From Dimorphilus gyrociliatus (taxonomy: Eukaryota > Animalia > Annelida), in assembly GCA_904063045.1 (NCBI GenBank), contig CAJFCJ010000012.1:1736001-1800000 (forward strand): DNA of 64,000 nucleotides. Direction: 5' to 3'. The notes under the pieces were generated by a model. That model was not told the DNA's origin, ran no database searches, and saw only the letters and a list, made by a program, of their open reading frames with translations. Positions 1-13,400 of the stretch are shown one piece after another. The translations under genes were made by a program, and so were the position numbers. Each line of letters starts with the position of its first letter. The first letter of the stretch is position 1.

Positions 1-43
1 ATTAAATTAATTTCAAGTAAAATTAATATGTAAAACTACTCAC

Positions 44-324
44 AATCGATCTTTTGCATTCGAAGAAGGCTTGCCTTAAAGCCAAACAGTCATCCGGTAC
101 AGATTCATGCTTTCCTAACATCAAACATTCTTTGGGAGTGTTTTTGTCCTTTACGAAAAAAATATATTTTTAAACCATAATCAATCATTTTTATGGAAAA
201 TGCCTACTCTTCTGACACAGGGGCTTTTTAAAAGACACGCCTTTAAATCTTCTCTCAATCCAGAGCATGCTCTGGCCCTATTCTTCTTTTCCTCTTCAGT
301 TTCTTCTTCGTAATAAGTAGGCAT
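44..324 (-). CDS. COA5: Cytochrome c oxidase assembly factor 5 (PET191 family), partial; last exon lies off the left edge
   Basis: Exons 324-208 and 148-44 (GT-AG intron 207-149) translate to MPTYYEEETEEEKKNRARACSGLREDLKACLLKSPCVRRDKNTPKECLMLGKHESVPDDCLALRQAFFECKRSI. This has the twin CX9C-like pattern and the AFFECKRS motif of COA5. Confidence 0.9.
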
Positions 325-2304
325 ACTGATCTGTTATTGACGATAGTAGATTGCTAGGATGCTCAAGTGTATGCAATTAATTATTAAACATTATCATTTA
401 TTATTTACACAGGAATTGGTAGTTGATTGAATTACACTATCACTTTTAATTTCGGATTTTAGAAAAAAAGAGGCATCAACGAAATAAAGTACTCGTTGAA
501 TACTACAACAGCAGAATCGCAGTAAAAATAAAGTAATAAAATCGGAAAAAAATATTAGAAATATTAGTGCGAAACTATTAAACTAATATTTAACAAACAG
601 TCCAGAAAAAGCAATATTGATTAATTATTTAATAAAGTAATAAGATATTATGATTTCAAAAATATAGCGGAAGTATTTATGAATAATCTGTCGTCTCTTA
701 TGTCAGAAATCGTTACTTAAGAAGTCCTTTCAACTAGCTGAGCACCCATGCTGTCCTTTACAGAAAGTTGTGTTTAGCGTTCTCTTTAATCCATTACGTA
801 ACACGCAAATTAACAAAAGTTAGTTTCGTGACAAGACTTAAAGGCGAATGATATTCAATGCATATTATTGCTTAATAGAATATATAGCTTGTCAAAAATT
901 TAGAATAAATAGCAAAGGACGTAGTATATATTTTAAATATTTAAATAATCATCTAGTATAAACAGTAGAAACGTGATAACGGCCGTAAGATTCTTTTTGT
1001 AATAAATGACTCAATTATGATAGTGAAATATTATATTATGAAAATAAAAAAGAAAGACTGTTTTATGCGAAGAAAAAGCGTGTCTTCAGTAAAAAATATA
1101 GATAAAAAACTTGTATTGTGGATTGGTTGACTGATTAAGAACTCTGTTGAAATGCTTTCTGCAAAAGGAAGTAGGCTAATTAATTATCGTACATAAAATG
1201 TAAACGAGTCAAGGTAATTCAAACGTTCAATAACGTTCAATCTAGGGATCGTTTGTTTGTAAATAATATTTCGTTGCTATTGGAGACAGTGAGCGAGGTT
1301 ATAATAGTTGAAGTTACTAAATATAGATAGCGTCGATTGCAAAAATACTTGTTGAATGCTTTATTAGATGAAATTGCAACTTAGTAACTAAAATTCCCAG
1401 CGTTTCCATTTAATCACGATGTTTACATGTGTAGCCATAGTAATAGTAATTTGTACTCTTTATTTTCCTCTTCTGGCGATCATCAAACGATCTACCTGGC
1501 ACGTTAGTAAAGATAACAAAAATTGCGAGTAGAAGAGTTCCTTTTTAGTTGTCATTCAATATTTGTCATGAACATGTCATCAACAGCATGACACAATTTT
1601 CAACACGTGTCTAGAAAACATGTGATCTTGTATTAAATCATTAAATATCTGGTAGAATATAATAGTAAAAAATACGGTTTACGTTGCGTTACTTCGGTTA
1701 CTAGTAAACAAGAGTAGTATTTTGACGTTGCATTATAGAGATATACGCTTTGTGAAATGTATGATTAAAATTTATTAAAATGGAAAGACAAAATAAAAGA
1801 TTACACCCAAACACGTTAAAATTTAAAAAACAGTGAAAGAAAGGGGGAATAGAATTTATAGAAATACTGTCAAAAATATCTATATTTAGACTAATTATAT
1901 AGATGTTAAGACTGTCTACATAAGCACCGGTGATAAATTAACAAAACAAGCAAAAAACAAGAAAAAAAAACCAAATCAAAATAAACAAAAAACATATAAG
2001 AAGAATGAAAATAAAACTAAAATTCATGTTGGAAAAAGGAACACAAATTTGGAATTTTATTTTCCAGTTGTAGTCATTTATTTATTTAATAATAAACTCC
2101 TTCCTTTCTCTTTTCTTTTATAATTTTGAACAAAATAATTCAGCACAATTTGGCAGTTAAAATTAATAAGAATATACTTTTCTTTTGGATTTGAACACCA
2201 TCGAATTTGGGATATTATTATTGTTTATAACGTTCTTTAATTGTTTATAACATTGTTGTTGTAGTAGTAGTTCTATTGATATTTTAATATAAAGTTATTT
2301 CTTA

Positions 2305-2628
2305 TCACTTTTCATTGCCTTTTTTAAAATCCGAATTAGGTTGTTTTGTTGCTTGTAAAAACTTTTCGACAAGAAGGATGAAATTTTGGATATCAGAAGG
2401 AGTTGGTGTACCATTAGTCTGCTGTTGTTGGGGCTTTTTTCCAATGAGTTTCCTGTTTATTCTAGCACTTTTTGAAAGAGGCACTGGCCTTGATGGTAAT
2501 TTAAAGATGTGAGAACCATCGCTCTTTGACAAAATTTTATCTGAACTCTCCGAGTCCTTCTTCTCATACGGATGAGGTCTTGCCTTAACGGCTGAGACTT
2601 GAGAACCTTGAGATGCTGTTAACGTCAT
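2305..2628 (-). CDS. Uncharacterised 107-aa basic, low-complexity protein
   Basis: ATG-initiated ORF just after an AG acceptor-like site, divergent from the gene at 3240. Contains KARPHPY (PY-NLS-like). No family recognised. Confidence 0.45.
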   Translation of the reverse strand: MTLTASQGSQVSAVKARPHPYEKKDSESSDKILSKSDGSHIFKLPSRPVPLSKSARINRKLIGKKPQQQQTNGTPTPSDIQNFILLVEKFLQATKQPNSDFKKGNEK

Positions 2629-3239
2629 GCTTTACGAGAAAATGAACTATAACGGGCGTTGATTTTGTTCGTACGAGCCGTTGGCAAGTTGCCTATTGGC
2701 AATCGCTTGGAAACAATAAATTTATCTGCCTCTATTAGCAACGCGTCAAAACTGTCCCGTAAGTTTGTTTATTCGCTCACACAGCAACTTTAGTACAAAT
2801 TCAATAGAGAGTATTTAAATGGATTATTAGCATATTTTTACATACAAGTAGGTTCCGCGTAATCTTGAAACTTCGCCAGGTAAACAATCTGATTTTTACT
2901 GTTAACAATCATTGATATATCAATGAAACAATAGAGCGATAATAAATACACTAATCCTTCGTACGAGCTAACCTAATTCTTATATTTTCGCGCGACTCTG
3001 TATAATTTATGATTCAATGCCTAGGGTGCAATAACCAAGGTTGTTATGAAAATTACTTTTCTAACTATGAAGTAAAATTAGTCATGTAATTTACAATGTC
3101 TGTAGTTTCTTTAAAAAAAAACTAATAAAAATTCAAAAGTTTCTCAATAAAAAATAAACACAATTATTAGAATTTAGCAGCTCCATCTAGTACGTCCAAA
3201 AGATATTACTCTGTTCATCGCATTCAATAGATTTGGCAA

Positions 3240-3936
3240 ATGAGTTACCCAACTTGGTATTCTTGTAATGTTTGCGGTTCACAGGCAAAAAATCTGAACA
3301 GATGTTCCAAATGCCGCTCGGTCCTATACTGGTAATTAAATAGTAATATGTTTATAAAAGACTTTTGAAAACTTTCTACCTATTTTCACAAGGTTTATAA
3401 TTTTCGACAGCTCTTCAAAATGCCAAAGACAAGATTGGTCTCAACACCGCAATCGGTGCTCTAAAAAGGACGATTCGAAAAATGATACAGACGAATCAGT
3501 TCAAAACAATACCCGATCTTATTTTGTCAATAACCAATTATTCACCGATGCTCCCGAAATCAACAGAGATGAGCCTTTCATTACAATTACATTGAAATAT
3601 AATGGGACGAGAAAGAAAATTGATCTACAAACATCATGGACTTCTTCAGAAATGTTCAAATATATTTGTTCTATTGTGAGAATACCTTTGGACTTGATTA
3701 AACTTATAAACAAAGGAAAAATAATTCGATCCAATAATCTTAAAGATTTCGTTGTTGAAGGTGCAATATTTCAAGTAATCGGGGAATTGATGGAAGACAG
3801 CGAAGGTATCAATCAAAAGGACATTGAACTCCTTATGAAACAGATGAAAGTGGGTTACAACGAATCAGTTAGAACTTTAAGGACGAATAATTTAGTCGAT
3901 GCAATTCTTTTTATCGGCAATAAGGAAACGAATTAA
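3240..3936 (+). CDS. zf-MYND + ubiquitin-like domain + NAC-alpha/HYPK-type UBA-like protein (about 205 aa, 2 exons)
   Basis: Exon 1 3240-3331 and exon 2 3411-3936 join in phase: CNVCGSQAKNLNRCSKCRSVLYCSSKCQRQDWSQHRNRC (MYND), ITITLKYNGTRKKIDL...IKLINKGKII...GAIFQVIGE (UBL-like), DIELLMKQMKVGYNESVRTLRTNNLVDAILFI (UBA-like). Confidence 0.8.
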
Positions 3937-4042
3937 AAATAAAAACAAAAAAAAAACAACGAATTGTTCTAATTTTTTTCTTTTTTTGCTTTAAAAACTT
4001 TTCTCCAACATTTAAATAAAATTGATATTATTGAATTAAAAA

Positions 4043-5060
4043 TTATGGAAGTAAAAACTCCATGGCCGCTTGTAAATCCCAGTTTTTCGATGAGAGTGCT
4101 GTTATTCTAGAATTTTTCTGAAATGGTAGAAAAAAAAACATGAAGTTTTCTTCACAATTCAATAATATTTTATTGATATTATATAATATAGTAATTATAA
4201 CAAACCTCATGAAAACCCATTTCTTGAAGTTGTTTAAGCTTTTCTTCATATTCCTTCATTTTTTCATTACGTGGAGCTGCAAAAATATTATAATGAATAT
4301 AGATATTTACTTATATTTAAATATTGAGCTGTTTTAATTTTTATCCCGCAATAGGCTTCATTACGTAAGTCAATACAGCATTCTCAAATGAAATTTTGCT
4401 TTATGCGAGGATAATTTTTAGGAAAATTCTAAGAATCGGCGGTTTGGGTTTTAATGTTTTATATATAATCAGCGTATAAGAATATTTTACCTTCTGCATA
4501 AACGTATGCCCAAAAAGATGCTGTAGACCTAAAAATCTCGGGGTGTTGTTTAAATTGAGTTGCTACTACAGCATCTTGAGGGTCATCTGGTTCAGCTGCC
4601 GACATTAATGCTTGTAATGACAATAATACAGTTCGCAAAGTCATAGCAGCTGCCCACTGATCCTTCAATATATCCAAACAAATAGCTCCAGTTTGCGAAC
4701 TAATGTTAGGATGCCAAATTTTTGTTAAAAATTTTACCTGTAAGATTAAGATATAAGTATATATTTTTTTTATGAACTGCTCTCACTTTTGGTGGATTGA
4801 ATGGATAGGTTTCTGGGATGACTATATCTAGGGTATATTTTCCACCCTGATAAGGTGTATCTGGAGGACCAATGATTTCCCCTTTCAAATGGGTGAAATT
4901 ATCTTCAAACGGCTCTAATTTTATTTGGCAATTTTTGACCTGTAAAAAGCGTCTTTGTGAGATTATGAAAAAATAGTCTGAATAAAAGAAATATTACTTC
5001 GTCACTCTTTATAACTTCTTTAAATTCTCGTTGAATCCGCGTTAGTGCAATGTTCGACAT
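4043..5060 (-). CDS. UBE2K: Ubiquitin-conjugating enzyme E2 K (HIP2) with C-terminal UBA
   Basis: Spliced product MSNIALTRIQREFKEV...GPPDTPYQGG...[50 protein letters not shown]...EPDDPQDAVVA...EMGF...ALSSKNWDLQAAMEFLLP. Confidence 0.97.
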
Positions 5061-5298
5061 TGTTCTTATATGTTCTCTATATTTCGCCTTATCTGGTAAA
5101 ACTATTTAATTGAGTTGTTTTTATTTTAGAACAGCAAAAATGTGCAAACGTTTGTTGTTTCGCTATTTAAGAGACGTTTCCGGTAGTGAAGACTGGTTAA
5201 AGTCTGAATAACCAGATAGACAGGTACCACATTATTCAGTAGCGCCTCTACCGTCACTCAGTTGATATATCTGTGTAGTTGAGAACACGTGCAGAATC

Positions 5299-6968
<1,670 letters not shown>

Positions 6969-7435
6969 AACATAACATGAGCGTAATCTCCTTAATACTT
7001 TAAGGTAATATACAATATTCTTTGAAAAAAATACAGCACCTGTGCAAAACTTATGATTTTGTTTATTGTCAATTTCTTTGTATTAAGTTGTACGGTATTA
7101 GGGTGTAAATTGTAAGTTTCTACTTGTTACTCGTCTCACTGATTAAGCCACTTTAAAGGATGCTGATTTCCTTATATTTTAAATATATATGTATATATAT
7201 ATGCATATATATATTTTGTATATTTGTTTTGATGACTAGATGAGACAGATCTAATAGAAATATTTTCCATAACTTTTTGACGGTATTATTTGATTGATGA
7301 GCACCGCAAAGAAAGGAATTTAAAATCAGACTGCGTAAACGTTTTACAATTTTATCGAACTAAAATCTAATCAATCTTAGCTACATTCAGCTTAAAACTT
7401 TTATAAATATACAATTATGACGAATGCACCTTTAT

Positions 7436-10400
7436 CTAAGAAAATTGTTGACGTTGTTGAGGCATAGTTTGATACTGAATGGCATTCGACTGCTGCACGT
7501 AATTGGGAGATGGTTGATTCATATTTTGATGACTGATGTTTTGAACTGGTAAGGGCGATGGCTGAGGACTAGGCCTTGGGCTATACTTGGGCTTACGCGA
7601 AAAAAATTTCTTCAAATTTAAACTAAAAGAAGAACTACGCGATTTGCGTAATCTCTTATCATCATCCATTTGATAAGCTCCTGGTGCATCTAACAACGAA
7701 AAAAAGGCACTTCAATTTGTCCATACTAAAACTTCTATTTACCATATGCACTCTGACTGTCCGAAGGTCGAAGTAAATGGTCCTCTCTAGTCCTATCAGC
7801 ACTCTGAGAACGCTTACCTTTCTTATTAAACCTCCTTCTCAGTGCACTACCTAGTGATCTTTTCTTTTTATGTCCTATTAAGATAAAAAGCAGAATATAC
7901 GTAAAAGAGGGCTAGTAGGAGGAGAATTATAGATTGATACCTCTATCCGAGTGTTGGTCAAAGCTATAAGCCGAAAGACTCTCAATGTCGCGACTATCGT
8001 GCACATTAAGCATTGCGTCGTTTGGGCTCTGAAAAAAAGTATAATTGATTAAACTGATCTTTTGATAACTATAAACTAATCTATTTTCCACACATTTCCC
8101 CTCCCACACCACATAGTAAATATTTAGGAAAAAAGTAATCATATCCTACTTTTCGACGACTGCGCGAAGAATCTCGAGGCTGACAGCATGGCGGGATAAA
8201 GTTAAATTTTTAGCTTTTTTTTTTAAAACAAAAATGTGCATATGTGAATCACTTTGCTAGCTGCCACCAAATTGAAAGACATTTTGATTGACCGATAAGC
8301 GCACTTGGTTTAAAATAATAAAACAAACAAAAAGATAAATTACAGATAAAATGACTGTAGCAACATTGCTTAATAGAGAAGCAGACAACGCTGAAAGCAG
8401 TGTGAAGCAACTTACCAGCCAAAGCATAATAGTCAAGATATTTTAAACGAATGTATAAGAGATATATTATATATTTTTTCCTTAAAGGCATTCTATATTT
8501 AATTATATATTACACGTACTCTAACTCACAAGCATTCATTCGTAATATTAAAGAGAGAGAGAAGAAGATAGCCTAGACAATTGTGTCTCTAAATCCATTA
8601 TTCTCAATTTGCCTTACCCTCTCTTTGACACCTGTTATCACAATCGACGTCTTGGTCGGGGTTTTTGGTCGATTTGACGTGTTTTGTGCTTTCGCTTCTA
8701 GGTGTCTTATAGCCAAAGCGGCAGGATCGTCTGCAAAAATCGAACACTCACCAATGGTGCGGTGTTACTACGTTGCGCGACGCGACCGGGCATCATCGTC
8801 ATTGTGTTCCTCATTGTTGAATCGGCTGGCAGTAGCTGTTGACCCCCAGCTAGGTTAACTGGAAGGTTCGAAGATACTTAATTTGAAAGAAGCGCGCAAC
8901 TAAAAGCAAGAGTTAGTTCGATGCGGTCTGGTTAGTTCCTTTGGGCATGCGCTAGAAGAGGGTAAAAGGGGTGCAGTTAGTTTGGGGACATACCTGTTAG
9001 AGCAGCATCATGAGCTTCTAATAGAGCACTGGTTCTATTAGGTGATTCTGCTGAATAATAATTTTCAGTCTTCTGAATCATCTTAGGGGATTCTAATTAT
9101 TAAAGAACATTCAGATATCATTCAAGGCAATGTAATTATTAACCATGAAAACCCATTGGTGCATGTGTATTCCGTCCAGTTCTGGGCCTTTCGGTAGTGG
9201 TGGTAGTTTGTGTAATCAAAGTACCTCCAGGCGTAACCTGTTATAGAAATTATAAAGTGCCTAATTTATTGTCTTCGACCTTCAATCAAACAGCTGTCCT
9301 ACTTTTGTACATAATACAATATACAGTATATGCATGTGTGTTCACTATACATCTATCTACAAGAGAGAAGTAATTGTGTAAACATATAGCTAACATGAAG
9401 CCAACGTCTGACTGTTGTCGCCTGAAAGGAAAACCACCAGACGGTGGTTGGTCTTGGGTTGTTTTATTTGGAGCATTTTTGTTATTTGTGGTTTATTCCG
9501 GATTTTATGATGTATATCCAATTGTTTTTAAGGAATTACGACAAAGATTTGATGCCCCAGCCCATGAAGTTGCATGGGTTAGTGCTATTAACGAGTCGAT
9601 AAAACTGTTATTAGGTATAATATGTAGGATCGTTGCTGACTGATATTAATAAAAATATAAATATCTCTGTAGCTCCCTTTATAAGCAGCCTTGCTAAGTA
9701 CACTGGAGCTCAAAGTTTGACAGTTTTAGGAGGTATACTATATTCCTTGGGAATTCTGTTCACTGCATTCTCGTCATCCGTAAGGTTATGTTGTCTATAT
9801 TACGGTATTTTCGGAGGTATATAATTACTACTAGAATATTTATTATTTTCCATAAAAGCCACTTTAACGAATTAAAACAATAAATACAATTTCTCCAGGA
9901 ATTGGTGCCTCGATGGCTTTGACATGCTACAATATTGCTATTTCAGAATATTTTGTAGAGAAAAAAGGAATGGCTATTCTATTAATGCACTGCGGAGCTG
10001 GAGTAGGCAGTTTCTTATATAGTCTTCTAATCAAGTACCTGTTCCCTTTTTATGGCTTTACTGGAACACTACTTACATTTTCAGGATTATCTCTCCATAT
10101 ATGTATAAGTGGGATGGTACTGCGACCTATCACTATTCAGCAGAAGAGTTCTTCCATCAAATTTGACATAGAAGTTTTTAAAAACTTAGATTTCAGTTTC
10201 TTCTTGAGTTTTGCATTTTTTGCTTTCATGGGTTCAAATATCTCTTTTGTTTTCTTAGCTGATTTCTCGAGAGAGAAGGGATTTAGCACGACAGATATAG
10301 CTAGTATTTATATTATAACATCGGGAGTAACTTTGCTAATCAGAATTTTGACTGGGCTTATAATTGATCTTAATGGAATTAGGAGACATAGGTCTCTTAT

Positions 10401-13400
10401 ATGCTCTTTTATTGCTTTAGTTGGGGGTATTATTTCTATATTAATAACTTTACGCATGTCCAGTGCGTCGTTCATTATATGTTATGTTGTCTTGGTGACT
10501 TCTATTAGTTTATATTTAACACAGCAAGTCATAGCTATTACCGATAATGTAAAGCCTTATCAAATAGGTGAAGCAATTGGTGTATTGCGATTCATTCAAG
10601 GAGTATCTGTTCTAATTGGGCCAATTTTAGCTGGTAGGCTAAATTTTTCTTATTACTATTTACAAATTTTCTTCTACATTCTAGGCACCTTTCGAGACGA
10701 AACTGGAACTTATTTTTGGTCCCTTATTTTGAGCGGATCATTAATGTGCTTTGGTTCTATTTTTTTTATTATGCATAATATTTTCAGAAGGTTAACATTA
10801 ATTGCGCAATACAGATGCTAATACTTTTGATTGTTCAAGTCACTTTGAAATCAAACGATTGTTCGTTATCTATATACAATTATTTTATACATACGATGCT
10901 AAATATCGATTTTCTTTTATCAAAAAGTATATTGCATGTTACATTCATATATAAAATAATAGAACTCGGTTAAATTTTAAAATACAATAACCCTGACAAT
11001 GGTCATTATACTTGGAGTTTGATACTAAATTCAACACCAGAAATATATCGTTGACATTTCTGTGAGAGAGTTGACTTTTTATAATGTCGAACGAATCTGA
11101 CAAGAGGATATCAACCCCAGATGGTGGTTGGGGATGGATGGTTGTTGTAGGAGGATTTTTTATACTACTGCTTCATGGAGGTTTCTTAACCGCTTATACA
11201 TTTATTTTTACCGAACTTCGAATTCTCTTTCAATCGGGAGCGGAAAGGTTAGCTTGGGCAAGTTCAATAAATAATCTATGCAAATTTCTACTAGGTGGGT
11301 TTATTTACTGCAGCTCTGCTTTAATAATTTTTTTCAACATCTAATATAACATTAGGCCCTGTAACTGGTAGCTTAGTTCAACATTTTGGAACAAGAAAAT
11401 TAAGTGTTTTGGGGGGATTTTTATATGCTGCTGGAATATTTTTGACTGGTTTTGCCAAAACTCCTGAATTTTCTTATATATCATACGGATTTTTAACTGG
11501 CGTCGGTGCAGCCTGTGTCAGTACCTCGTTGTATGTTGCAATAGCCGAATATTTCCATAAAAAGAAAGCACTTGCCATGTCTATTGTTTTTACTGGAGAT
11601 AGTTTTGGTATGATAATATATGTTTTTTTAATTCCAAAACTACTAGAGGAATATGCATTTAAGGGTACTATGATGATTTTAGCTGCATTACTTGGCAACT
11701 TATGTGTGTCTGGTATGCTCTTTAGACCGTTGGAGTATAATAAGCCTGAATTAAAAGTAGAAACTAATGATAAAGAGTCTGGTGATAAGAAGTCGGAAAA
11801 AAATTGGAAGAGAGATTTAAAAGTAACATTAAAGAACTATCGAGAAATAGTGACAGATTTTAAAAAATGTTCATTTATTGCATATTTATTCTGTATATGT
11901 ATCGGCCTAGCCATAAGTCAGTTATTCTTATCTGATTTAGCTTTGGATCAAGGATTAACAACAAAAGACGCTTCATTGGCAATATTAATATCAGCATCTT
12001 TGAACATTTTCATCAGAATTTTAGCTGGTTATTTATTTGATAGAGCGTTTATTAAAAAGTATAGGGAAGTATACTTTTCGTTTATTGGGATTGGTTATGG
12101 AATTTCCCTTGTGACCTTGTCTTTCCCTGTTGGTAGAATATACTTCTATCTAAATTATGCTTTGTTAATGTGCTTTAGTTGTATTCATTATTCTCAATAT
12201 GCAACTGTTCTAACTGATGGTGTTGATCCAAAAAAGTATGGCGAGATTATAGGCCTATGCAGATTTACAAATGGATTAGGGTTTGTTATCGGTCAAGCCG
12301 CCGGAGGTAAGTAAACAAAGAAACTTAAATAAAATAATATTCTAAAAGTATCATGTGCAGGTCGACTACGAGATATCACCGGCTCCTATCAATGGACCTT
12401 TGTTTTAAGTGGGATAGTAATAATAGCTGCAGGACTTGCTTATGTACTGGAATTATGCCTAATATTACTCTGTAAATGTAGAAAAAAACCTTCCGGAAGG
12501 ATTGAAATTTCTACACTAGAAATATAAAATATTTGCTTACCGTTCTTGTTGTATCTATGTGCCTTCTAGGTAAATCATTGTATGCTGTGTTATCATTTGA
12601 TTCCACGAAAAGGAACTGTAGGAAAATTAAAATGATTTAAATTGAAAAATAAAGATAGTGAGAGTAAGAAAGAGAGATAGAGAGAAAGCATTCTTCATAA
12701 TGCGACTATTATAATTACCTCTACAGTCAGTGACCCGCCTTGTCCCTTTGGTTTTCCTGCCAAAGGTAGAATTTGTCTACTGCCTGGTGTTGAACGCAAT
12801 TCATCTACCATAACGAATGCTCTTCCTAAGAAGTCATCTAAGGGAATAATAGTGAAATATATTGGAATATTATATTAAAAAAGTAATATATTCCATTCTG
12901 GTAAGATTGCTTACTGCCTGGATTTTTCGATTTGTCGTATAGTTCAAACCTTAGTTGTTGAGTTGCGTCATTTAAATCGCTAACAAAAAATACGAAATTA
13001 ATAAGAAATATAAGAAAGTTATAAATGTGAAAATGATAATTCATACAAAAGAAAGTGTTCGTCCCAGAAAGGATTGAAAGTATGTTTACAAGCAGAGGTT
13101 GAGTGTTTTTGAGCTGGTTCGTCCATCGATACGATACAGTAAGGATCTGACATACCTATTTAAAAGGACACATGAATGAGCATATGTGTGTATAGATAAG
13201 GAAATTGTATAAGGTTTCATTCCAAGTTTGAAAATTCTCACCAGTATCTATGTCTGAAACGCCAGTTGCCTTAATAACTTTAACCAAAAGCTTTCGGTCC
13301 CTTATAGCAGTCTTTGCCACGTTAAGCGGGTACTGTTTAAAATATGAACATAAACATGACGGTAGGAGGGGTTATCGAATGGGTGTGATTTGTGGTCATC

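Noticed and set aside
8583-8858. Plus-strand 91-aa ORF from the track
   Set aside because: Antisense shadow of C2CD2L exons, with no ATG start. The same applies to 33644-33865, 35221-35427, 44788-45021 and 60397-60654
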